Positions 27,786 through 36,188 of a stretch of DNA of 64,000 nt are shown piece after piece. This stretch comes from a virus (Duplodnaviria > Caudoviricetes), in IMG/VR virus record IMGVR_UViG_2870609773_000002, positions 15,181-79,180 of that record. One strand, given 5' to 3'. The notes below the pieces were generated by a model that did no database searches, was not told where the DNA came from, and saw only the letters and a list, made by a program, of their open reading frames with translations. The translations under genes and the position numbers were made by a program. Position 1 is the stretch's first letter. Each line of letters starts with the position of its first letter.

Positions 27786-28538
27786 GTGTCTGGTCTTGCT
27801 TCTGGGGTGTCGGTGGTGTCGGGCGCGTGTGTGGGTCCGTGTAATGGCAGGTCGCGGCGGGCGTGGGCTGCTTTCGAGGCGGCTCGTGACGTGCATGCGG
27901 ATCTGGTGGATGAGTGGGTGCGGGCGGGGGAGGTGGGGGAGCCGCCTGTGGAGCCGGAGGTTCCGGAGGTTCGGTGGCGTCCGGGGGAGCCGCTGGTGTG
28001 CGGTCGGTGTACGGCGTCGGTGCGGGCGGCGCTGTTGGAGGTGGATGGGTTTGCTGCGCAGCTCGCGAGGGAGGCTGATGGGTTCCGGCCGCCGTCGAAG
28101 TGGTCGAGGGTGTCGGGGTCGCGGCCGAAGCCTGCGGTGTCGCCGGTGGGGGAGCTGCTGGAGAAGCTGACGGGCGGTCTGCTCGACTTCGAGGGGCGGG
28201 CGCGGGTGTGGCTGGGCGCGGGGGCGCGTCTGGGTGGTGTCCGGTCGGCGGTTGCTCGGTCGCGGGCGGTGGGCTGGCTGACGGAGTCGGGCCGGCTGGA
28301 GAGCGTCCTGGTGCGTGAGGAGCTGGTGGGCCTCGTGGACTTCGCTCTGTCGTGGCGGCTGGTGTTGGAGCGGCTGGTCGGGGATGAGCCGCCTGCGTGG
28401 TCGCCGGCGCGGTGCCGGTGTGGTGAGCGGTCGTTCCGCTGGGACGTGAAGGCGGGCTTCTACGTGTGCGCCGCGTGTGGGACGCACGTTTCTGAGGGGG
28501 AGGCGTCGGCGCGGGTGGAGGAGGAGGCCGCACGCTGA
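27786..28538 (+). CDS. Zn-ribbon-containing hypothetical protein (possible late regulator)
   Basis: CVGPC, CGRC, CRCG...CAAC motifs; GGGGG RBS. Confidence 0.65.
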   Translation: MSGLASGVSVVSGACVGPCNGRSRRAWAAFEAARDVHADLVDEWVRAGEVGEPPVEPEVPEVRWRPGEPLVCGRCTASVRAALLEVDGFAAQLAREADGFRPPSKWSRVSGSRPKPAVSPVGELLEKLTGGLLDFEGRARVWLGAGARLGGVRSAVARSRAVGWLTESGRLESVLVREELVGLVDFALSWRLVLERLVGDEPPAWSPARCRCGERSFRWDVKAGFYVCAACGTHVSEGEASARVEEEAAR

Positions 28539-28562
28539 GGCCAATGTAGAGCTGGGCGAGCG

Positions 28563-29312
28563 TTACGTACAGGGCGTGATCCCACGTCGAGCCACCTTGA
28601 GGGGAAGTGAATGGATGGTGAAGGCGACGTCGTCAGGCCATGTGTCTAACCCGATCCAGTCATCGAAGACGGGTATGGGCTCAGGTGGTGATGTCCGCGT
28701 GGGTCTCGTCCACGTCTGTCCCTCCGTCCATATGACGGATGCATTGGCGATGGTCAATTCTTGACTGCCGCCAGTGTCGTCCAGCTTGCTCGCCGATTCC
28801 TGGAGCACGATTTGGCCTTCGCTGCACGGTTCGACGATGACTTCCCAGAGCTCAGTCGGCAGCTTGGTGGGGCGATGCAGGACGTATACGTATGCCCGCC
28901 GAGAGTTGGCGTTGCGCACGTTCCAGGACCAGGCGTCAGGGACGGTTCCGTAGGCCTCGTCGGCGATATGGATACGGCTAGGAAACGCGATCTTGGCGAT
29001 GGCGTCCGCTTCGGCCTTGGCCTGTGCTTCCCTTTTCTTGTCCTCTGCCCGCTGGGCGAGAGCGTCCGCACGCTGTTGCTGGCCGAGTTCGAGAGCGTTC
29101 AAAGAGATGATGAGCGCGGGAACGGACATGAGGCCAGCGACAACGCTGGTGAGGGCGGCCCACCATTGGACGGACCAGCGGACATCGCGGAGTCTCCGGC
29201 GCTGGCGCGGCTTGAGCCGTTGGCGTTCGGCGATCACTCTTGTGGTGCGAGCTGAGGAACGCGATGCGAGACCGCGATCTATGGACGGTCGGGGGCGTCG
29301 GCGTGCGCTCAC
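28563..29312 (-). CDS. Single-TM accessory (moron) protein; start uncertain
   Basis: TM WWAALTSVVAGLMSVPALIISL, coiled segment, beta-rich C-terminus; lower GC, opposite strand. Confidence 0.6.
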   Translation of the reverse strand: MSARRRPRPSIDRGLASRSSARTTRVIAERQRLKPRQRRRLRDVRWSVQWWAALTSVVAGLMSVPALIISLNALELGQQQRADALAQRAEDKKREAQAKAEADAIAKIAFPSRIHIADEAYGTVPDAWSWNVRNANSRRAYVYVLHRPTKLPTELWEVIVEPCSEGQIVLQESASKLDDTGGSQELTIANASVIWTEGQTWTRPTRTSPPEPIPVFDDWIGLDTWPDDVAFTIHSLPLKVARRGITPCT

Positions 29313-29389
29313 GACTGAATATCGTGCGCGGGCGAAGCGACGTTAGGCTGCGCGGTTTCGCGGCGGACACGAGCGGAGGAGGCGGATCG

Positions 29390-29411
29390 TTGATTGCGGT
29401 GCCGCTGTTGG
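29390..29411. promoter_or_regulatory. 22-bp palindromic site, copy 5 (TTGATTGCGGTGCCGCTGTTGG)
   Basis: Reverse complement CCAACAGCGGCACCGCAATCAA fits the consensus. Confidence 0.65.
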
Positions 29412-29479
29412 CTTGCGCCTGGCGGGGTGGGTGTGTAACACTTCCGGGCGACGGAGAGACTTGTGCCCTCGGACCGATC

Positions 29480-29749
29480 ATGGTTCGAGGGCTTTCCGCT
29501 GTTCGGGGGGTGTTGGTGTTCCCTGCGACGGCGAAGACTGCTGCTGTCCGGCTGGGCCGGGAGGCGGTGACGATCCGGCAGTGGGCGCGCCGGTATGGCG
29601 TGCGTGTGCTGGGGCGAGCCAGCCGCGAGGTCGTGTACGACTTCGCTGATCTGGCGACGATCGAGGGCTGTATCTGGCGGGGCGACGACGTGCCTGATTC
29701 GCCGGAGGGCCGGGATGCGTTGCGGGCTCGGCTGGCGGCGGCTGCGTAG
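29480..29749 (+). CDS. MerR/excisionase-like HTH protein; start uncertain
   Basis: ATAKTAAVRLGREAVTIRQWARRY...VYDFADL. Confidence 0.6.
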   Translation: MVRGLSAVRGVLVFPATAKTAAVRLGREAVTIRQWARRYGVRVLGRASREVVYDFADLATIEGCIWRGDDVPDSPEGRDALRARLAAAA

Positions 29750-29774
29750 GAGCAATCAGACAGGGGTGGCTGTG

Positions 29775-30002
29775 ATGGTTCGGAAGTATCAGCGGGTGGC
29801 GGGCGCGGAGCGCGAGGCGCTGAAGGCGGAGCTGAAGCGCCGGTACATGGACGGGGAGTCGATCCGGCGGCTGTCGATCTCGACGGGCCGCTCGTACGGG
29901 TTCGTTCACCGGCTGCTGGAGGAGGCGGGGGCGCCGCTGCGGCCGCGGGGCGGCAACCAGCGGCCGGCTCCTGTGGTTGTAGACGGGCGACCATCTAGCT
30001 GA
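29775..30002 (+). CDS. Small actinobacterial HTH protein (HTH_58-like)
   Basis: YMDGESIRRLSISTGRSYGFVHRLLEEAG..LRPRGG. Confidence 0.85.
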   Translation: MVRKYQRVAGAEREALKAELKRRYMDGESIRRLSISTGRSYGFVHRLLEEAGAPLRPRGGNQRPAPVVVDGRPSS

Positions 30003-30435
30003 TGCTGTTCACCCAGATGCCGATTGGGATCGAAAGGATTGCGGATACAAGAACGCCCGCGAGGAAGTAGGCGAGTTGCTGTCGCCGCTCGGCGCGGATG
30101 GTGGCCTTCGTTTCGTGGGTGAGGATGCTGCGGATCTTCTCGGCCTGTTCCTCGTTCACGGCCAGCAACTCTTGCTGTCGTTTCGCCTCTTCGATCAGTG
30201 CTGTGCGGGTTGCCTGCTGGGCTTCAAGATCTTTCTGCAACTCCTGCAGCAGCATGCCCGCCTCCGAGAAGGCAGCGTTGACTAGTTCGATACGGCGCTG
30301 GAGCCGTTTCCCGGGATCTTCCTCAGCCTCCCTGATGCGTCTACGTCTCAGGAGGCTCACCAGTTCGTTCGCCGCCACGCCGATCAACGAACTGCCCAAG
30401 ACTACGAAGAGGCTTCCCAGAAGATCCATGTGCAT
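29995..30435 (-). CDS. Two-TM coiled-coil accessory protein
   Basis: N- and C-terminal TM flanking long heptads; lower GC. Confidence 0.7.
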   Translation of the reverse strand: MHMDLLGSLFVVLGSSLIGVAANELVSLLRRRRIREAEEDPGKRLQRRIELVNAAFSEAGMLLQELQKDLEAQQATRTALIEEAKRQQELLAVNEEQAEKIRSILTHETKATIRAERRQQLAYFLAGVLVSAILSIPIGIWVNSIS

Positions 30436-30524
30436 ATTCGATCGTGTCGGCTCTGTGCGTGTATCGGAAGTGCCCCAATCGAAACCCTGGGCCGCCCATG
30501 ATCAGAGCAATCAAGATCGATAGA

Positions 30525-30554
30525 AGAGGAACATAATTCAGGTTATGTTCCTCT
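30525..30554. promoter_or_regulatory. dif-like tyrosine-recombinase site
   Basis: AGAGGAACATAA-TTCAGG-TTATGTTCCTCT: perfect 12-bp inverted arms with 6-bp spacer, 50 bp upstream of the recombinase operon. Confidence 0.8.
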
Positions 30555-30604
30555 CTCCGGTGTTACGCTCGAAGTGATCACCCCTTCCACGAAAGAAGAT
30601 CATC

Positions 30605-30808
30605 ATGAGCGTGCGAAAGTTCCCGCTGACTCTGCGCGTCGCCGTGACCGGAGCAACACCGGATGAGATCAGAGAAGCGGCCGTGGCGCAGGCCCTCGCG
30701 TTCTTCGGGTCGAGCACCGAGCTGGACGTCATCAGCGCCGAAGCCGAGCCGGAGGGGGAGCATCACAGCCGCTACCGCGCGGTCGTCGTGTTCCGGAAAG
30801 TCGCCTGA
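30605..30808 (+). CDS. Small hypothetical protein upstream of recombinase
   Basis: GAAAGAAG RBS, 67 aa. Confidence 0.6.
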   Translation: MSVRKFPLTLRVAVTGATPDEIREAAVAQALAFFGSSTELDVISAEAEPEGEHHSRYRAVVVFRKVA

Positions 30809-30880
30809 TGCGCCGCGCCAGCGATAAGGCCGGGGATGCCGTCGCCGGCTTCCCGCTGCCGTTCGGCGCAGGGGACGATC

Positions 30881-31849
30881 GTGAACGCTGAGCTGATCGT
30901 CGTCCGGAGCGAAGACGTCGCGCTGCCGCTGGACCTGCCGCCGATCATTCTCGACCTGACCCGGGCGTGGCTGTGGTCGTTCGACTCGAAGAACACGCGG
31001 GACACGTACGAGCGGTACATTCGGCGATGGTTCGAGTTCTGCAACGAGACCGGCCTCGATCCGCTGGAGGCCCGCAAGCCGCACGGCGACGTGTTCTCCC
31101 GCTGGTTCCAGGAGACGGCCCGCCGACCACCGAAGCCGAAGACAGTGGCATTAGTCCTGTCCACGGTGTCGTCCTGGTACGAGTACCTGCACGAGACCGA
31201 AGCCCTCGACGCCAACCGGTTCAAGAAGACGCGACGACCGAAGATCCCCCGCAAGCACTCCGAGACGGTCGCGCTCACCAAGGGCGAGGCGCGGGACCTC
31301 CTCCGGGCGGCCGACGCCGACCATGGCCGGGAACGGCTGCGCACCGCGGCGCTGCTCCGGCTGCTGCTGCAGACCGGCGTCCGCATCTCCGAGGCGGTGA
31401 ACGCGCAGATCGACGACCTCGGGTTCGCCCGTGGGTATCGGACGCTGCGCATCACGGTGAAGGGCGGCGACACGATTACCCGGCGGCTGCCGGTGGAGGC
31501 GACGCACGCGCTGGATGTCTACCTCGCTGAGCGGGCGCACCGCGAAGGGGTCGAGCTGCAGGACCTGCGGGGCCCGCTATTCGCGACCTCGACGGGCCAG
31601 AGCTGGAGCAGGTCGAAGGCGTTCGAGCTGGTGCGGCGCATTGCCGCCCAGGCGGGCATCACGTCGAAGGTGGGGCCGCACTCCCTGCGGCACACCTACG
31701 CATCGCTGGCGCAGGAGGCCGGCGTCGCGATGCGGCAGATCCAGCTCGACCTCAACCACGCCGACGTGTCCACGACGGAGATCTACTTGCACAGCCGGGA
31801 CCGGCTGGAGAAGGACGCCTCTCAGGTGGTGGCGTCGCTGCTGGAGTAG
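30881..31849 (+). CDS. Tyrosine recombinase, XerC/D-type (no arm-binding domain seen)
   Basis: SAM-like N-terminus; catalytic R (TGVRISE), K (VKGG), HSLRH, H (LNHAD), Y (TTEIY). Confidence 0.93.
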   Translation: MNAELIVVRSEDVALPLDLPPIILDLTRAWLWSFDSKNTRDTYERYIRRWFEFCNETGLDPLEARKPHGDVFSRWFQETARRPPKPKTVALVLSTVSSWYEYLHETEALDANRFKKTRRPKIPRKHSETVALTKGEARDLLRAADADHGRERLRTAALLRLLLQTGVRISEAVNAQIDDLGFARGYRTLRITVKGGDTITRRLPVEATHALDVYLAERAHREGVELQDLRGPLFATSTGQSWSRSKAFELVRRIAAQAGITSKVGPHSLRHTYASLAQEAGVAMRQIQLDLNHADVSTTEIYLHSRDRLEKDASQVVASLLE

Positions 31850-31858
31850 GAGGAGCAC

Positions 31859-32023
31859 GTGCCCAGGTCGAGAACGAGCGCGCTGGACAAGTCGGCATGG
31901 ACGCACCACTGCGGCGCGATCAACCTGGGCACGTGGACCGACCGCGCGGTGTGCGGCGGCTGCCGGTACTCGGTGGGTCACGCCGAGGATGTCGAGCAGT
32001 ACCGGCTTGTGCGTGTCTGGTGA
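31859..32023 (+). CDS. 54-aa Zn-finger-like protein (absent from the ORF track)
   Basis: AGGAGGAG RBS, GTG at 31859; VPRSRTSALDKSAWTHHCGAINLGTWTDRAVCGGCRYSVGHAEDVEQYRLVRVW. Confidence 0.65.
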   Translation: MPRSRTSALDKSAWTHHCGAINLGTWTDRAVCGGCRYSVGHAEDVEQYRLVRVW

Positions 32024-32271
32024 CGCAGCAACGCGCAATCTTCGCATTGGTCGCGTTTCTGGACATTAGAAACGTCGATCACCCGAGATGTGTGCGTCTC
32101 AGCTGCACGCTGATGCGTAATTGGGGCTGTCTGAAGGCCATTTGGATGCGTCTGAATGTCGATCTTGTTAGCGTTGCTCTGAGACGTTTTCGCGGGTCAC
32201 CGACATAACGGCAAGTGCAAAGGCTGGTGACCCTCGCAAATAGGTCACCGGCGGGCGGATGGTCGAGTCAA

Positions 32272-33147
32272 TCAACCGGTAGGGGGAAACTCCTCATCGT
32301 CCTCTTGATTGCCACTGATCACTGTGATGTCCAGCTTCGTGCGCAGCCAGCAGGCGCCTCGATGGAAGACCCAGGCGGTAGGAACCGCGAGTAGAGCTGA
32401 ACCCCACCCCTGTTCCATCACAACGTCAATCAAGGCTGACAGGGTCACAGTACCGATGACCAGCCAGGTGCGGATCTCGGAGGAGAGTGCCCAGCAGGTG
32501 GCACGGATAAGCGGTTCCAGCGGGTGTGCGGCAGGGTTCGCCAAGGTGCGACGCAGCGCCCAGATGCGGCTGAGTTGGCGAAGCGCGTAGTAAATCTGCA
32601 TGCTTCCGGTGGCCTTCGCCTTAGCAAGCTCGTGAAGCTCGCTAAGGATCTCTTCTCCGTAACGGCTTCGGTGCCTAGCGGGCAGAACGTGCATAGTGAG
32701 ATTGACGATGGTGCTGGCCTTGCGAGCAACGGGACTCGTCTTGTCCCGTTGTCTCAGAGCGTCCAGGTGGGCCGCTGCGGATGCCCTCACTAGACTCCTG
32801 GTCTCGAATATGACCTCGGTAGCCAGATCCAAGGCTGCGATCAGCTCAAGGCGAGACGGCTCATAGGAAGACTCGAATGCGGCTTGCAGCTGATCGAGGA
32901 CGGAGAGGCGCGTTTCCAAAATGTCGGAGGCGTGAATATCTGCCCTGGTAAGGGCGACATGAAGATCAAAATGATGATCGCTGATAGTCGACAGGGTCAG
33001 CCTGACTTCGGAATCGGTGCCACTCAGCGCGGGCTTGTGCTGAAGTACTTTTCGCAGGTGCACGATGGCGTCGGTCAGCTTGCCGAGGAGGGCGTGAGCA
33101 TGGCCTAGGGCCTCGCTTCGCGAGGATTCTTCGGCGGTTTGGATCAC
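32272..33147 (-). CDS. PadR-partner membrane protein with extended N-terminus
   Basis: VLPARHRSRYGEEILSEL motif typical of PadR-adjacent proteins; C-terminal TMs. Confidence 0.65.
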   Translation of the reverse strand: MIQTAEESSRSEALGHAHALLGKLTDAIVHLRKVLQHKPALSGTDSEVRLTLSTISDHHFDLHVALTRADIHASDILETRLSVLDQLQAAFESSYEPSRLELIAALDLATEVIFETRSLVRASAAAHLDALRQRDKTSPVARKASTIVNLTMHVLPARHRSRYGEEILSELHELAKAKATGSMQIYYALRQLSRIWALRRTLANPAAHPLEPLIRATCWALSSEIRTWLVIGTVTLSALIDVVMEQGWGSALLAVPTAWVFHRGACWLRTKLDITVISGNQEDDEEFPPTG

Positions 33148-33485
33148 GCCGTTCCTCCGGACAATCCCCGGGAGAGGCCGGATAGACGGCTGCGCTTGGC
33201 TTCCGCATGAGCGAGCGATTGCCTTGCCTGCTCGATCCCGTCTCGCGTCAGGCGATAGTAGCGGCGCCGAGGTCGGCCCTGCTGATGGGGGTCTGTTTCT
33301 TCCCAGCGCGACTCCAGCCAGCCGAGGCCCTCGAAGCGGGCGAGAATGGGATGAATCGTCCCCGTGGGGAGACTAGCGGCGGCGCAAATCTCCAGACCAT
33401 ACATCTCTTGTGTGGGGTCTTCGAGCAGTGCTCGAAGCACGAGTTGCGTGGGCAGCGTCATGCGCGGCCTGGACTGCTCGTACAC
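33144..33485 (-). CDS. PadR-family transcriptional regulator
   Basis: MYGLEI...LPTGTIHPILARFE..GWLES.WE...GRPRRRYYRLT..G. Confidence 0.92.
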   Translation of the reverse strand: MYEQSRPRMTLPTQLVLRALLEDPTQEMYGLEICAAASLPTGTIHPILARFEGLGWLESRWEETDPHQQGRPRRRYYRLTRDGIEQARQSLAHAEAKRSRLSGLSRGLSGGTA

Positions 33486-33493
33486 GGTCGTAT

Positions 33494-33514
33494 TCTACCT
33501 AGCCCCTAGGTAGA
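33494..33514. promoter_or_regulatory. Probable PadR autoregulatory operator
   Basis: TCTACCTAG-CCC-CTAGGTAGA perfect inverted repeat 9 bp upstream of the padR start. Confidence 0.7.
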
Positions 33515-33554
33515 GAACGGCCAACCTCGCCATTTCCATCGAGCTGGAGGTGCT

Positions 33555-34184
33555 GTGCCCGCTATCGTGTCGCAGACCTATCGAATGGTCTCGGTCGCCG
33601 ACCTCGAACCGCACCCCGACAACCCTCACCAGGGCGACGTGGACGTGATCGCCGAGTCGATCAAGAAGAACGGCTTCTACGGCACGGTCCTGGTCCAGAA
33701 GTCGCAGATGCGGATCATCGCTGGTGAGCACCGCTGGCGCGGCGCGAAGGCCAACCACTTGCGGCAGGTGCCGGCCCTGATCATCGACGTTGACGACGAC
33801 ACCGCCACCCGGATCATGCTCGCCGACAACCGGACCGCCGAGTTCGGCGCGTACGACGACCACGCCCTTGCCGACCTGCTGCACGGCCTGGACGACCTCG
33901 ACGGCACCGGCTGGACGGAGCAGGACCTCGACGACCTGGCCGACGCCATCGCCGCCGACAACGCGGTAGCCCTCGGCCCCGAACGCGCTCCGGTCCCGGG
34001 CGGTGGCCGCGCCGACCAGGCCGGCGCCGACGACGAAGAAGAGCTGCCGGAACCGGGCGACGCTGAGACGCATACGCGGCCCGTTGTCTGGGGCGTCGTG
34101 GTCACCTGCGACAGCGAGGCCGAGCAGGTGCAGCTCCTCAACCAGCTCACGGGCCAGGGCTGGAACGTCCGCGCCCTGATGTAG
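33555..34184 (+). CDS. ParB/Srx N-terminal-domain protein (terminase-associated type)
   Basis: LEPHPDNPH, SIKKNGF, IIAGEHRWRGA, LADNRTAE. Confidence 0.88.
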   Translation: MPAIVSQTYRMVSVADLEPHPDNPHQGDVDVIAESIKKNGFYGTVLVQKSQMRIIAGEHRWRGAKANHLRQVPALIIDVDDDTATRIMLADNRTAEFGAYDDHALADLLHGLDDLDGTGWTEQDLDDLADAIAADNAVALGPERAPVPGGGRADQAGADDEEELPEPGDAETHTRPVVWGVVVTCDSEAEQVQLLNQLTGQGWNVRALM

Positions 34185-34213
34185 CCCCTGCTACCCCCTC
34201 GAAAGGTCGTGTT

Positions 34214-35299
34214 GTGCGAGCCGAGATCACCGTATCGGCACCGGTCCACAGGACTGCCCGAGTGCTGCAGCTCCAGGGCCTGTTCGACGTGCCCGTGGAG
34301 GAGCGGCTGAGCAACACCTGGGCCATGGACCTGCCGATCGAGGACCAGCCGTGGAGCGTAGGGCTGATCGTCGGCCCCTCCGGGGCTGGCAAGACGACCA
34401 TCGCGCGGCACCTGTGGCCCGACCACGTCACCGGCCCGCACACCTGGTCCGAGGACCGGTCGCTCGTGGACGACTTCCCGGCCGACATGTCCATCAAGGA
34501 CATCGTGGCCCTGCTGGGCGCGGTCGGACTGTCCTCGCCGCCGGCCTGGCTCCGGCCGCACCGAACGCTGAGCACCGGGGAGGCGTTCCGCGCATCCATC
34601 GCACGGGCCCTGGCCGAGTCCGGCGACCTGGTCGTCATCGACGAGTTCACGTCGGTCGTGGACCGCCAGGTCGCGCGGGTCGCCAGCCACACGATCCAGA
34701 AGACCGTACGGCGCGGTGGCCGCCAGTTCGTCGCCGTGACCTGCCATTACGACGTGCTGGAGTGGCTGCAGCCGGATTGGGTGCTGGACGTCTCGACAGG
34801 CTCGTTCGAGTGGAGGTCGGTTCAACCCCGCCCCCAGCTCCAGCTCGAAATCCGGCCGGTCGATGGACAGCTCTGGCCTGTCTTCGCACGTCATCACTAT
34901 CTGAGCTCGGACCTCCACCGCTCCAGCAAGAAGTTCGCCGGGTTCATCAACGGTGAGCCGGTCGCGTTCCTGGCCTACCGGCACTTCCAGCACCCGGCGA
35001 CGCGGAACCTGAAGATGGAGCACCGGCTGGTGGTTCTGCCGGACTATCAGGGGCTCGGCATCGGGAGCCGCTTCTCCGAGTGGATGGGGCAGCGGCTGTA
35101 CGAGCAGGGGTTCCGCTACCGGTCGGTGTCGTCACATCCGGCGCTGATCGCCTACCGAAGCGCGTCGCCGCGGTGGCGGATGATCCAGGGCCAGAAGAAG
35201 CTCGGCACCCGGTCCAAGCACCAGTGGATGCACGCGCAGACGCTCGACCCGCGCCGTCTCGGTGTCGTGTCGTTCGAGTACGTGGCACCGCGAATCTAG
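34214..35299 (+). CDS. ABC-type ATPase fused to a GNAT/Mom-like acetyltransferase
   Basis: GPSGAGKT, LSTGE, IDEF, VTCH; FARHHYL, RLVVLPDYQGLGIG. Confidence 0.88.
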   Translation: MRAEITVSAPVHRTARVLQLQGLFDVPVEERLSNTWAMDLPIEDQPWSVGLIVGPSGAGKTTIARHLWPDHVTGPHTWSEDRSLVDDFPADMSIKDIVALLGAVGLSSPPAWLRPHRTLSTGEAFRASIARALAESGDLVVIDEFTSVVDRQVARVASHTIQKTVRRGGRQFVAVTCHYDVLEWLQPDWVLDVSTGSFEWRSVQPRPQLQLEIRPVDGQLWPVFARHHYLSSDLHRSSKKFAGFINGEPVAFLAYRHFQHPATRNLKMEHRLVVLPDYQGLGIGSRFSEWMGQRLYEQGFRYRSVSSHPALIAYRSASPRWRMIQGQKKLGTRSKHQWMHAQTLDPRRLGVVSFEYVAPRI

Positions 35300-35670
35300 G
35301 CGGCGAACGCCTTTGTCCACCCGGCCGGAGCTGGCCGTAGCCCCAGCGCCCCAGCCGCGGGCATTGGCGTGACGGCCGGTCGGGCGTCGGTGACCAGCCA
35401 GTGATTCACCCCGGCGCGGGCCCACAGCGAGCTGCTGTCCTGGCGGATGTCCACGAGGTTCACCGACCCGAGGATCATGCCGCGCAGCATCGGCCCGTCG
35501 AGGACGATCCCTAGTTGATCCATGAGCTCGAACCCCTCGGCGTCGATCTTGAGGCCCGAATGGATCAGGAGCCTGCCCCGATACGGCGTGCCCCAGCTCC
35601 GGTTCTCCACGTCCTTGATGCCCGCGACGAGCAACGCCGCCCATGGCTGCCGGACGGTCAGCATCCGCAC
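35296..35670 (-). CDS. ASCH-domain protein
   Basis: LTVRQPWA.LLVAGIKDVENRSW.T.YRGRLLIH. Confidence 0.9.
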   Translation of the reverse strand: MRMLTVRQPWAALLVAGIKDVENRSWGTPYRGRLLIHSGLKIDAEGFELMDQLGIVLDGPMLRGMILGSVNLVDIRQDSSSLWARAGVNHWLVTDARPAVTPMPAAGALGLRPAPAGWTKAFAA

Positions 35671-35702
35671 CCGAGAAGCGTAGTAGATCAGGAGCTGCCC
35701 TC

Positions 35703-36188
35703 ATGGTCGTCAGCAAGGCCCGTCAGGTCGAGATCTCCCAGCGGCGCTACCAGGCGGTCCAGATGCGGATCGCTGGAGTGTCGCCCACGGTCATCGCCGA
35801 GCGGCTGGGCTACTCGGGCGCGGCCTCGGTGTCGAAGGACATCGACAGGGCGCTGCAGAAGGCCGCCAAGCAGGAGCAGATGGCGAGCGAGCAGCTTCTC
35901 AAGCTGGAGATCGACCGGCTCGACCGCATCATGGCCTCGCTGTGGCCGAAGGTCGTCAAGGGCGAGGTTCAGGCCTGCGAGACGGCGCTGAAGTGCATCA
36001 ACCGGCGGTCGGCTCTGCTGGGCCTGGACCTGATCAACAGGAACGGCATCGCGGACGGCGACATGGCGTCTCTGCTGGGCAACCTGCTGCTCCAGATCCA
36101 GCAACGGCACACCATCCCCGACCCCGACACGGACACCATCCTCGAGGCCGAGGTGATCGGTGAGATCGAGTCGGGGGACGGCCTGTGA
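35703..36188 (+). CDS. terS: Terminase small subunit
   Basis: HTH (IAERLGY) plus EIDRLD...LW...GE.QA....RRSALLGLD; coupled to TerL. Confidence 0.8.
   Translation: MVVSKARQVEISQRRYQAVQMRIAGVSPTVIAERLGYSGAASVSKDIDRALQKAAKQEQMASEQLLKLEIDRLDRIMASLWPKVVKGEVQACETALKCINRRSALLGLDLINRNGIADGDMASLLGNLLLQIQQRHTIPDPDTDTILEAEVIGEIESGDGL

Noticed and set aside
25006-30518. 11-mer CAATCAAGATC (25006, 30508) and 10-mer CGAAGTGATC (4981, 30570)
   Set aside because: Only two copies each and no symmetry; too weak without a statistical test.
28563-33485. Integron-like cassette array driven by the recombinase
   Set aside because: No repeated attC-like sites flank the accessory genes; only one dif-like site was found.
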